Of a stretch of 64,000 bases of DNA, positions 16,352-29,100 are shown one piece after another; within the stretch, counting starts at the first letter, position 1; the number at the start of each line of letters is the position of its first letter. The notes under the pieces were generated by a model. That model did no database searches. It saw only the letters and a list, made by a program, of their open reading frames with translations, and had not been told where the DNA came from. The stretch is from Eledone cirrhosa (lineage: Eukaryota). Where the stretch lies: positions 54,374,001 to 54,438,000 of the forward strand of contig OZ024750.1 in the NCBI GenBank assembly GCA_964016885.1, in the 5' to 3' direction. The position numbers were made by a program, and so were the translations under genes.

Positions 16352-16420
16352 CAAGGATGCCAGACAGTGTTGTTTCAAGATTTGTTGATCTTTCATCAGT
16401 GACACACATTCAATCCATAA
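16352..16420 (-). ncRNA. Type I hammerhead ribozyme, core intact
   Basis: Minus strand reads GGA-UUGAAUGU-GUGUCA CUGAUGA AAGAU-CAACAA-AUCUU GAA ACA-ACAC-UGU C UGGCAU CC. It has CUGAUGA, GAAA, a GUC triplet and stems I, II and III all paired. Confidence 0.8.
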
Positions 16421-17039
16421 TAGCATGGAAATAGACTAAAGTCTATATAAAATTTTGCAGGTTGTTGTTTTAAATGTCCACTTTCTCTGCTAGCAAGAGT
16501 TGGACGTATATATATATATGGGCTGCCCTTTCTAGCAGCTCGTCCATCAGAGGCACTGGTTCACTGCCCTTAAACTCGCTGAGACTTCTCTCTTCCACGT
16601 GTAGCTGGACAGTCACTTTTAAAATTCTCTTAGTGTTGTCTGAAATGTATAGCCATTTCTGTCAACAAATTACTGGTGAAACATCTCTTTGGATTTGTAC
16701 ATGTGTTATATAGTTATAGAGGTATTTATTTATACTTTAATTTATATTTTTAATTATCGTGTCTATAGTCTGCCTTTCATAGGTTATAGATTCCATACAC
16801 TGGTGGTTTTTTCCCTGTTTTATCGATAGCGCACTGTATATCTCTCTCTGGTGTGTTACCTTTTCAACATATTGTATTTTAAAGAGCTCAGGATTTCTTC
16901 TCCTTGAGCACATTATTTACAGGGAATGGCGAGGGCCTATGACTCCGTTAATTTATCGTGATATATATATATATATATATCTGTTAGCCTCTTCCTCACC
17001 CTTCACTCACTCACTCTCTGTTACTACCTCTCCTCCTCC

Positions 17040-17310
17040 TCCTTCTTCCCGTTTGACCTGTGCGTAATTCTTTTCTTTCGCACGCTTGGCCAGGCCGGTT
17101 CGCCTTTTTTCTCTCTCTCGTCTACGATTTCACAGAACTTATGTTCACCGAATTCACGGACTAGACCCCTTCTTCCTCCCGTTAGACCTGTGCGGAATTC
17201 CTTCCTTGCTCACATTTCAACCAGGTTTGATGGTCTTTATTCTCTCTCGTTCACGATTTCACCGAACTTATATTCATGGAAATTTGGGACTTGACTCGTT
17301 CTTCCTTATT
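17040..17310. repeat. Degenerate 130-bp tandem duplication within a (TA)n-flanked segment
   Basis: GACCTGTGCG at 17055 and 17185; the TTTCAC..AACTTAT.TTCA segment also repeats. Confidence 0.7.
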
Positions 17311-17477
17311 TTTCATTGCTTCACCATCTTTGTTTGTTTACACTCTCGCTGTTCCCTTTAATTACGTGTCCCAACGACTTTCTTTAGCCGTTGCTCGCAC
17401 CAACCGGAGGTATATGGTCTTTAAAGCGAAGAAATACCGATGATGGTTGGAAGATCACTGATGAAGGACCACTTTAT

Positions 17478-18637
17478 TCATATATATATATATATATATA
17501 TAACAGAGGATGTCTGTCTGTCTGTGTAAATCCCTAAAACTCGAGAAGTACCCGACCGACTTTTTTCAAACTTTACATACGTTACTGATATTTCTTGAAG
17601 TGAAATGGGCTAAAAAAATGTTAACTTTTTTTCGCATTAGGCGAAAAACCGTTAACATTTTTTTTCTTGGCCTATGACTCTTTTTTGGGGCGTTACTTAA
17701 AGATAATCCAACCGATTTCCTCGAAATTTGCAGCACACATTAGTTAGTCCCCTCATATTGCTGTGGACAAAAGATTTCCGATTCCATTAATGGTTTCTAG
17801 GAAATTTACGAATTAGCATTGGGTATTACATGCCTTTTTCATTTTCAATATAAACGCTACTTAAACATCGTAAGCAGCGTATAATATTTCGTTAAAAAAT
17901 TTGGTTTATTTAACCGAGGACACAACACTTACTTTTAAGCATGACCATTTTCGGGCGATTGAGGAAATGAGGAGGACCTTAAAATATTTGTCGACACCTT
18001 GTTGAAGCTTTGTACTTTCATCACGCACAAATCCGGGCCCTGTGTACGTTGCCGTGTTATTGACACCGTAAAACTCACGTCTGTGCTACTTCTACTAAGA
18101 CCCCTTTTGTTGCACATACACTGCAGTATGAACGTCCTGTGCAAGTACGCTGAACAGCGGTTGTGCTAATTCCGCAGTGACCTCTTTTGTCGCACCTTTG
18201 TTGCTGTGTAAATGCAGTGCAACCCAGTCCAGTGTTTGTGCTAATTGCACTATGACCCCCTTCTGCTGCAGCTGCGTTGCCACGCTGATTTCGTCATCTC
18301 AATATCCCTACTTAAACGTTCATCCCTACTTGGTTTTCACACAATTGACTACATCGCTCCGTCAGACTGGCGTGTGTTCCCCATCTGTGACGTAACTCGT
18401 GAACAGACTTACTACATACTTACTTACTCCTTTCGCATACAGCATTTGCGCAATCAGCCCACTCACACTGCTACTACTGGATTCTGCCTGCTGGTGTTCT
18501 ACGGTTCCAGTAGATGAACAATCATTCCCTGAGAATAAGGGAATTCAAAAAGTACACAGCTACATTCCTCAATCTTTGCATATGCGTGTTGCTATTTCAT
18601 GTTTCCTACCCCGTGAAACGCCGGGTCCTGCAGCTAG
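17478..18637 (+). mobile_element. Non-autonomous Helitron
   Basis: 3' hairpin CCCG-TGAAACGC-CGGG (18610-18625) followed by CTAG|T at 18634-18638. The 5' end is TC(ATAT)n...(GTCT)n; its exact boundary is blurred by (TA)n. Confidence 0.75.
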
Positions 18638-18794
18638 TAATATTATAAAATTAAATCAAATTGTTTAGAACTACAAGTGAAGTCATTCTTTTCCTTTTTT
18701 CAAATATACCTAATTGTACCAAGGATCTCACACATTTTCCAATATTATATATATATATATATATACATACACACACATATATATCATGTGTATA

Positions 18795-19967
18795 TCTATA
18801 CATATATATATAAAACTGTAGTTGTCTGTGTGTGTATCATCATTTTTGCAAAGTCTATACAAATCCACATTTCTACTCCGATTGACTTCAAACTTGCATT
18901 TATATATTCCTTGCAGTCTAAAGATATTAACTGCAGCTTTTATTTTTCAATTTTCTGTTGTTAAAGGGGTGTTAGACACCGATTATCCATCTCCGTCGCG
19001 CCCTTATAATATCTGTCTGTATGCCTGGCTGTCTGCATTACGACATTCTGACAAATATTGATGACGTATTATGTTCGCTATTTTCCGTTCATTGCCAGGG
19101 AACGTCTTCACGAACCAAAGTATCGTCTTCCTGTTTTCTTTCGGTTGCAACGTTTTTCGAAATATTTACTTCTGCGTTCACAGATTGATTTTTTTAGTTT
19201 CAGAAGATCCCGTTAAGGGTGAAAGCAGCGATTCTTTGCTTAAACTTTAAACTGTTCTTTTAATATATAATATAAGCGAAGCAAGCCAGCCCAGTTGCAC
19301 TTCTTGCCAATAAACATTAATCATTTGTGCGCCATTCAGCTAACTGTAGACCAACAAATACCAACTAAATGGAGCATTGACAAGAATGATGGCAAATGAA
19401 TCTTCGAGGTAAGCAGTTTCCTCCCGAACTGTTAGTTCACGTGGGATTCTCTGCTACACCTTTTCGTAATAATACCGAAGAACGTACTGCTGGTCACTCC
19501 TTCCTCAAAAGCTGTACAAAGAGGACATGTGCATCGGGCAGATGGATTCGGGTGCAAATCTACACCAGGCATACGCGAGAAAATGGCAAGGGACTGCACC
19601 GACAGGGATAGAGAGAAAGAGTAACTTAGTGGAAAGAGTGCGAATGAACTTTTGAGGTAAGTAGCCTACGCCTTACTGCTATGACACTGGAACCTTCTGC
19701 CAACTTAACCTGTGGCGTTATCTTTCACATTTAGTCCAAAAGGCCAAAACAGAGGAGTATGAAAAGAAGGGGCTCAACAATATTTCTATGAACAATGCAT
19801 GTAGACATCTAAACTGTACTTTCAACTTCTTAATTTTCTCCAAATAAAACAAGTTTCCTTTCGGTATATTTTTGTGAGTTTTTAACAGGTACTCACAAAT
19901 AAATGTTTCTCATTGGAGGTGCTATTACCAATATTCTTACCTGTGCAACGCCGGGATACACTGCTAG
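18795..19967 (+). mobile_element. Non-autonomous Helitron with both ends
   Basis: A|TCTATACATATATATATAAAA at 18795, 3' hairpin CCTG-TGCAACGC-CGGG and CTAG|T at 19964-19968. Insertion between A and T with no TSD is the canonical Helitron signature. Confidence 0.82.
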
Positions 19968-20163
19968 TATATATATATATATATACACATATATATCATG
20001 ACAATGATATATATATTTGTGTGTATATACATATATCATCATCACCTCCGTCTTACGTCCATTTTCCACGCTAACATGGGTTAGACGGGTTGTCCTGTTG
20101 TGGGCAATGCTAGGTCAGCAAGACCATGTCTTGCTCATACAGGATTGGTTTTGGCTTGGCTTC

Positions 20164-23100
20164 TACAGTGTGGGCTGAGTGCTTTTTGTTGTGACACCTA
20201 CATGACAACTTTAGTGTGGACTGGGTGCTTTTTGTTGGGACACCTACATGACCACTTTACAGTGTGGACTGGGTGCTTTTTGTTGTGACACCTACATGAC
20301 CACTTTACAGTGTGGGCTGGGTGCTTTTTGTTGGGACACCTACATGACCACTTTAGAGTGTGGACTGGGTGCTTTTTGTTGGGACACCTACATGACCACT
20401 TTAGAGTGTGGACTGGGTGCTTTTTGTTGTGACACCTACATGACAACTTTAGAGTGTGGGCTGGGTGCTTTTTGTTGTGACACCTACATGACCACTTTAG
20501 AGTGTGGACTGGGTGCTTTTTGTTGTGACACCTACATGACAACTTTAGAGTGTGGACTGGGTGCTTTTTGTTGTGACACCTACATGACCACTTTAGAGTG
20601 TGGACTGGGTGCTTTTTGTTGTGACACCTACATGACAACTTTAGAGTGTGGGCTGGGTGCTTTTTGTTGTGACACCTACATGACCACTTTAGAGTGTGGG
20701 CTGAGTGCTTTTTGTTGTGACACCTACATGACGACTTTAGAGTGTGGACTGGGTGCTTTTTGTCGTGACACCTACATGACCACTTTAGAGTGTGGACTGG
20801 GTGCTTTTTGTCGTGACACCTACATGACCACTTTACAGTGTGGGCTGGGTGCTTTTTGTTGTGACACCTACATGACCACTTTACAGTGTGGGCTGGGTGC
20901 TTTTTGTTGTGACACCTACATGACCACTTTACAGTGTGGGCTGGGTGCTTTTTGTTGGGACACCTACATGACCACTTTAGAGTGTGGACTGGGTGCTTTT
21001 TGTTGTGAGACCTACATGACCACTTTACAGTGTGGACTGGGTGCTTTTTGTCGTGACACCTACATGACCACTTTACAGTGTGGGCTGGGTGCTTTTTGTC
21101 GTGACACCTACATGACCACTTTACAGTGTGGGCTGGGTGCTTTTTGTTGTGACACCTACATGACCACTTTACAGTGTGGGCTGGGTGCTTTTTGTTGGGA
21201 CACCTACATGACCACTTTAGAGTGTGGACTGGGTGCTTTTTGTTGTGAGACCTACATGACCACTTTACAGTGTGGACTGGGTGCTTTTTGTCGTGACACC
21301 TACATGACCACTTTACAGTGTGGGCTGGGTGCTTTTTGTCGTGACACCTACATGACCACTTTACAGTGTGGACTGGGTGCTTTTTGTTGTGAGACCTACA
21401 TGACCACTTTACAGTGTGGACTGGGTCCTTTTTTATACAGAAACCTACATGACCACTTTACAGTGTGGAGTGCGTGCTTTTTGTTGTGACACCTACATGA
21501 CAACTTTAGTATGGACTGGGTGCTTTTTGTTGTGACACCTACATGACAACTTTAGTGTGGACTGAGTGCTTTTTGTTGTGACACCTACATGACCACTTTA
21601 CAGTGTGGGCTGGGTGCTTTTTGTTGTGATACCTACATGACTACTTTACAGTGTGGACTGGGTGCTTTTTGTCGCGACACCTACATGACCACTTTACAGT
21701 GTGGACTGGGTGCTTTTTTATCGTGACACCTACATGACCACTTTACAGTGTGGACTGGGTGCTTTTTGTCATGACACCTACATGCCCACTTTACAGTGTA
21801 GATTGGGTGCTTTTTGTTGTGACACCTACATGACCATTTTACAGAGTGGACTGGGTACTTTTTGTCGTGACACACTACATGACCACTTTACAGAGTGGAC
21901 TGGGTACTTTTTGTCGTGAAACACTACATGACCACTTTACAGTGTGGACTGGGTGATTTTTGTTGTGACACCTACATAATCACTTCACAGTGTGGACTGG
22001 GTGCTTTTTGTCGTGACACCTACATGACCACTTTACAGTGTGGACTGGGTGCTTTTTGTCGTGACACCTACATGACCACTTTACAGTATGGACTGGGTGC
22101 TATTTGTCGTGACACCTACATGACTACTTTACAGTATGGACTGGGTGCTTTTTGTTGTGGCACCTACATGACCACTTTACAGTGTGGACTGGGTGCTATT
22201 TGTCGTGACACCTACATGACCACTTTATAGTGTGGACTGGGTGCTTTTTGTTGTGACACCTACATGACCATTTTACAGTGTGGACTGGGTGCTTTTTGTC
22301 GTGACACCTACATGACCACTTTACAGTGTGGGCTGGGTGCTTTTTGTCGTGGCACCTACATGACAACTTTAGTATGGAGTGGGTGCTTTTTGTTGTGACA
22401 CCTACATGACTACTTTACAGTGTGGACTGGGTGCATTTTGTCGTGACACCTACATGACCACTTTACAGTGTGGGCTGGGTGCTGCTACTTGTCGTGACAC
22501 CTACATGACTACTTTACAGTATGGACTGGGTGCTTTTTGTTGTGGCACTTACATGACCACTTTACAGTGTGGACTGGGTGCTATTTGTCGTGACACCTAC
22601 ATGACCACTTTACAGTGTGGGCTGGGTGCTGCTACTTGTCGTGACACCTACATGACTACTTTACAGTATGGACTGGGTGCTTTTTGTTGTGGCACCTACA
22701 TGACCACTTTACAGTGTGGACTGGGTGCTATTTGTCGTGACACCTACATGACCACTTTATAGTGTGGACTGGGTGCTTTTTGTTGTGACACCTACATGAC
22801 CATTTTACAGTGTGGACTGGGTGCTTTTTGTCGTGACACCTACATGATCACTTTACAGTGTGGACTGGTTGCTTTTTGTTGTGACACCTACATGACAACT
22901 ATAGTATGGACTGGGTGCTTTTTGTTGTGACACCTACATGACAACTTTAGTGTGGACTGGGTGCTTTTTGTTGTGACACCTACATGACCACTTTACAGTG
23001 TGGGCTGGGTGCTTTTTGTCGTGACACCTACATGACTACTTTACAGTGTGGACTGGGTGCTTTTTTACACTGAGACCTACATGACCACTTTACAGTGTGG

Positions 23101-26100
23101 ACTGGGTGCTTTTTGTTGTGACACCTACATGACAACTTTAGTATGGACTGGGTGCTTTTTGTTGTGACACCTACATGACAACTTTAGTGTGGACTGAGTG
23201 CTTTTTGTTGTGACACCTACATGACCACTTTACAGTGTGGGCTGGGTGCTTTTTGTTGTGATACCTACATGACTACTTTACAGTGTGGACTGGGTGCTTT
23301 TTGTCGCGACACCTACATGACCACTTTACAGTGTGGACTGGGTGCTTTTTTATCGTGACACCTACATGACCACTTTACAGTGTGGACTGGGTGCTTTTTG
23401 TCATGACACCTACATGCCCACTTTACAGTGTAGATTGGGTGCTTTTTGTTGTGACACCTACATGACCATTTTACAGAGTGGACTGGGTACTTTTTGTCGT
23501 GACACACTACATGACCACTTTACAGAGTGGACTGGGTACTTTTTGTCGTGAAACACTACATGACCACTTTACAGTGTGGACTGGGTGATTTTTGTTGTGA
23601 CACCTACATAATCACTTCACAGTGTGGACTGGGTGCTTTTTGTCGTGACACCTACATGACCACTTTACAGTGTGGACTGGGTGCTTTTTGTCGTGACACC
23701 TACATGACCACTTTACAGTATGGACTGGGTGCTATTTGTCGTGACACCTACATGACTACTTTACAGTATGGACTGGGTGCTTTTTGTTGTGGCACCTACA
23801 TGACCACTTTACAGTGTGGACTGGGTGCTATTTGTCGTGACACCTACATGACCACTTTATAGTGTGGACTGGGTGCTTTTTGTTGTGACACCTACATGAC
23901 CATTTTACAGTGTGGACTGGGTGCTTTTTGTCGTGACACCTACATGACCACTTTACAGTGTGGGCTGGGTGCTTTTTGTCGTGGCACCTACATGACAACT
24001 TTAGTATGGAGTGGGTGCTTTTTGTTGTGACACCTACATGACTACTTTACAGTGTGGACTGGGTGCATTTTGTCGTGACACCTACATGACCACTTTACAG
24101 TGTGGGCTGGGTGCTGCTACTTGTCGTGACACCTACATGACTACTTTACAGTATGGACTGGGTGCTTTTTGTTGTGGCACTTACATGACCACTTTACAGT
24201 GTGGACTGGGTGCTATTTGTCGTGACACCTACATGACCACTTTACAGTGTGGGCTGGGTGCTGCTACTTGTCGTGACACCTACATGACTACTTTACAGTA
24301 TGGACTGGGTGCTTTTTGTTGTGGCACCTACATGACCACTTTACAGTGTGGACTGGGTGCTATTTGTCGTGACACCTACATGACCACTTTATAGTGTGGA
24401 CTGGGTGCTTTTTGTTGTGACACCTACATGACCATTTTACAGTGTGGACTGGGTGCTTTTTGTCGTGACACCTACATGATCACTTTACAGTGTGGACTGG
24501 TTGCTTTTTGTTGTGACACCTACATGACAACTATAGTATGGACTGGGTGCTTTTTGTTGTGACACCTACATGACAACTTTAGTGTGGACTGGGTGCTTTT
24601 TGTTGTGACACCTACATGACCACTTTACAGTGTGGGCTGGGTGCTTTTTGTCGTGACACCTACATGACTACTTTACAGTGTGGACTGGGTGCTTTTTTAC
24701 ACTGAGACCTACATGACCACTTTACAGTGTGGACTGGGTGCTTTTTGTTGTGACACCTACATGACAACTTTAGTATGGACTGGGTGCTTTTTGTTGTGAA
24801 ACCTACATGACAACTTTAGTGTGGACTGGGTGCTTTTTGTTGTGACACCTACATGACCACTTTACAGTGTGGGCTGGGTGCTTTTTGTCGCGACACCTAC
24901 ATGACCACTTTACAGTGTGGACTGGGTGCTTTTTTATCGTGACACCTACTTGACCACTTTACAGTGTCGACTGGGTGCTTTTTGTTGTGACACCTACATG
25001 ACAACTTTTGTATGGACTGGGTGCTTTTTCTTGTGACACCTACATGACAACTTTACAGTGTGGACTGGGTGCTTTTTGTCATGACACCTACATGCCCACT
25101 TTACAGTGTAGATTGGGTGCTTTTTGTTGTGACACCTACATGACCACTTTACAGTGTGGACTGGGTGCTTTTTGTTGTGACACCTACATGACCACTTTAC
25201 AGAGTGGACTGGGTACTTTTTGTCGTCACACACTACATGACCACTTTACAGTGTGGACTGGGTGATTTTTGTTGTGGCACCTACATGACCACTTAACAGT
25301 GTGGACTGGGTGCTTTTTGTCGTGACACCTACATGACCACTTTAGTGTGGACTGGGTGCTTTTTGTCATGACACCTACATGACCACTTTACAGTGTGGAC
25401 TGGGTGCTTTTTGTCGTGACACCTACATGACCACTTTACGGTATGGACTGGGTGCTATTTGTCGTGACACCTACATTACCACTTTACAGTATAGACTGGG
25501 TGCTTTTTGTTGTGGCACCTACATGACCACTTTACAGTATGGACTGGGTGCTATTTGTCATGACACCTACATGACCACTTTATAGTGTGGACTGGGTGCT
25601 TTTGTTGTGACACCTACATGACCACTTTACAGTGTGGAGTGGGTGCTTTTTGTCGTGACACCTAGGTGACCACTTTACAGTGTGGGCTGGGTGCTTTTTG
25701 TCGTGGCACCTACATGACAACTTTAGTATGGACTGGGTGCTTTTTGTTGTGAGACCTACATGACAACTTTAGTGTGGACTGGGTGCTTTTTGTTGTGACA
25801 CCTACATGACCACTTTACAGTGTGGGCTGGGTGCTTTTTGTCGTGACACCTACATGACTACTTTACAGTGTGGACTGGGTGCTTTTTGTCGCGACACCTA
25901 CATGACCACTTTACAGTGTGGACTGGGTGCTTTTTGTCGTGACACCTACATGACCACTTTACGGTATGGACTGGGTGCTATTTGTCGTGACACCTACATT
26001 ACCACTTTACAGTATAGACTGGGTGCTTTTTGTTGTGGCACCTACATGACCACTTTACAGTATGGACTGGGTGCTATTTGTCATGACACCTACATGACCA

Positions 26101-29100
26101 CTTTATAGTGTGGACTGGGTGCTTTTGTTGTGACACCTACATGACCACTTTACAGTGTGGAGTGGGTGCTTTTTGTCGTGACACCTAGGTGACCACTTTA
26201 CAGTGTGGGCTGGGTGCTTTTTGTCGTGGCACCTACATGACAACTTTAGTATGGACTGGGTGCTTTTTGTTGTGAGACCTACATGACAACTTTAGTGTGG
26301 ACTGGGTGCTTTTTGTTGTGACACCTACATGACCACTTTACAGTATGGGCAGGGTGCTTTTTGTCGTGACACCTACATGACTACTTTACAGTGTGGACTG
26401 GGTACTTTTTGTCGCGACACCTACATGACCATTTTACAGTGTGGACTGGGTGATTTTTGTTGTGACACCTACATGACAACTTTAGTATGGACTGGGTGCT
26501 TTTTGTTGTGGCACCTACATGATCACTTTAAAGTGTGGACTGGGTGCTTTTTGTCGTGACACCTACATGCCCACTTTACAGTGTAGATTGGGTGCTTTTT
26601 GTTGTGACACCTACATGACTACTTTACAGTGTGGACTGGGTGCTTTTTGTGCGACACCTACATGACTACTTTACAGTATGGACTGGGTGCTTTTTTATCG
26701 TGACACCTACATGACCACTTTACAGTGTGGACTGGGTGCTTTTAGTTGTGAACCTACATGCCCACTTTACAGTGTAGATTGGGTGCTTTTTGTTGTGACA
26801 CCTAAATGACCATTTTACAGAGTGGACTGGGTACTTTTTGTCGTGACACACTACATGACCACTTTACAGAGTGGACTGGGTACTTTTTGTTGTGACACAC
26901 TACATGACCACTTTACAGTGTGGACTGGGTGATTTTTGTTGTGACACCTACATGCCCACTTTACAGTGTAGATTGGGTGCTTTTTGTCGTGATACCTACA
27001 TGACAACTTTAGTGTGGACTGAGTGCTTTTTGTTGTGACACCTACATGATCACTTTACAGTGTGAACTGGGTGCTTTTTGTCGTGACACCTACATGACTA
27101 CTTTACAGTGTGGACTGGGTGCTTTTTGACACGACACCTACATGACCACTTTACAGTGTGGACTGGGTGCTTTTAGTTGTGACACCTACATGACCACTTT
27201 ACAGTGTAGATTGGGTGCTTTTTGTTGTGACACCTACATGACCATTTTACAGAGTGGACTGGGTACTTTTTGTCGTGACACACTACATGACCACTTTACA
27301 GAGTGGACTGGGTACTTTTTGTCGTCACACACTACATGACCACATTACAGTGTGGACTGGGTGCTTTTTGTCGTGACACCTACATGACTACTTTACAGTG
27401 TGGACTGGGTGCTTTTTTATACTGAGACCTACATGACCACTTTATAGTGTGGACTGGGTGCTTTTTGTTGTGACACCTACATGACAACTTTAGTATGGAC
27501 TGGGTGCTTTTTGTTGTGACACCTACATGACCACTTTACAGTGTGGACTGGGTGCTTTTTGTCGTGACACCTAGATGCCCACTTTACAGTGTAGATTGGT
27601 TGCTTTTTTTTGTGATACCTACATGACAACTTTAGTGTGGACTGAGTGCTTTTTATTATGACACCTACATGACCACTTTACAGTGTGGGCTGGGTGCTTT
27701 TTGTCGTGACACCTACATGACTACTTTACAGTGTGGACTGGGTGCATTTTGTCGCGACACCTACATGACCACTTTACAGTGTCGACTGGGTGCTTTTTGT
27801 TGTGACACCTACATGACAACTTTAGTATGGACTGGGTGCTTTTTGTTGTGACACCTACATGACCACTTTACAATGTGGACTGGGTGCTTTTTGTCATGAC
27901 ACCTACATGCCCACTTTACAGTGTAGATTGGGTGCTTTTTGTTGTGACACCTACATGACCACTTCACGGTGTGAACTGGGTGCTTTTTGTCATGACACCT
28001 ACATGACCACTTTACAGTGTGGACTGGGTGCTTTTTGTCGTGACACCTACATGACCACTTTACGGTATGGACTGGGTGCTATTTGTCGTGACACCTACAT
28101 GACCACTTTACAGTATAGACTGGGTGCTTTTTGTTGTGGCACCTACATGACCACTTTACAGTATGGACTGGGTGGTATTTGTCGTGACACCTACATGACC
28201 ACTTTATAGTGTGGACTGGGTGCTTTTTGTTGTGACACCTACATGACCACTTTACAGTGTGGAGTGGGTGGTTTTTGTCGTGACACCTAGATGACCACTT
28301 TACAGTGTGGGCTGGGTGCTTTTTGTCGTGACACCTACATGACCACTTTACAGTGTGGACTGGGTGCTTTTTGTTGTGAGACCTACATGACCACTTTACA
28401 GTGTGGACTGGGTCCTTTTTTATACAGAAACCTACATGACCACTTTACAGTGTGGAGTGCGTGCTTTTTGTTGTGACACCTACATGACAACTTTAGTATG
28501 GACTGGGTGCTTTTTGTTGTGACACCTACATGACAACTTTAGTGTGGACTGAGTGCTTTTTGTTGTGACACCTACATGACCACATTACAGTGTGGGCTGG
28601 GTGCTTTTTGTTGTGATACCTACATGACTACTTTACAGTGTGGACTGGGTGCTTTTTGTCGCGACACCTACATGACCACTTTACAGTGTGGACTGGGTGC
28701 TTTTTTATCGTGACACCTACATGACCACTTTACAGTGTGGACTGGGTGCTTTTTGTCATGACACCTACATGCCCACTTTACAGTGTAGATTGGGTGCTTT
28801 TTGTTGTGACACCTACATGACCATTTTACAGAGTGGACTGGGTACTTTTTGTCGTGACACACTACATGACCACTTTACAGAGTGGACTGGGTACTTTTTG
28901 TCGTGAAACACTACATGACCACTTTACAGTGTGGACTGGGTGATTTTTGTTGTGACACCTACATAATCACTTCACAGTGTGGACTGGGTGCTTTTTGTCG
29001 TGACACCTACATGACCACTTTACAGTGTGGAGTGGGTGCTTTTTGTCGTGACACCTACATGACCACTTTACAGTATGGACTGGGTGCTATTTGTCGTGAC

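Noticed and set aside
16515-16560. Minus-strand CTGATGG...GAAA second hammerhead candidate
   Set aside because: Core mismatch and no stem II. It resembles the repeat word CTGCTAGAAA, also seen in variant form near 62406.
17415-17471. TGGTCTT...GAAA...CTGATGA AGGACCA, resembling a type II hammerhead
   Set aside because: GAAA does not directly follow the stem II strand, and stems I and III cannot be built convincingly.
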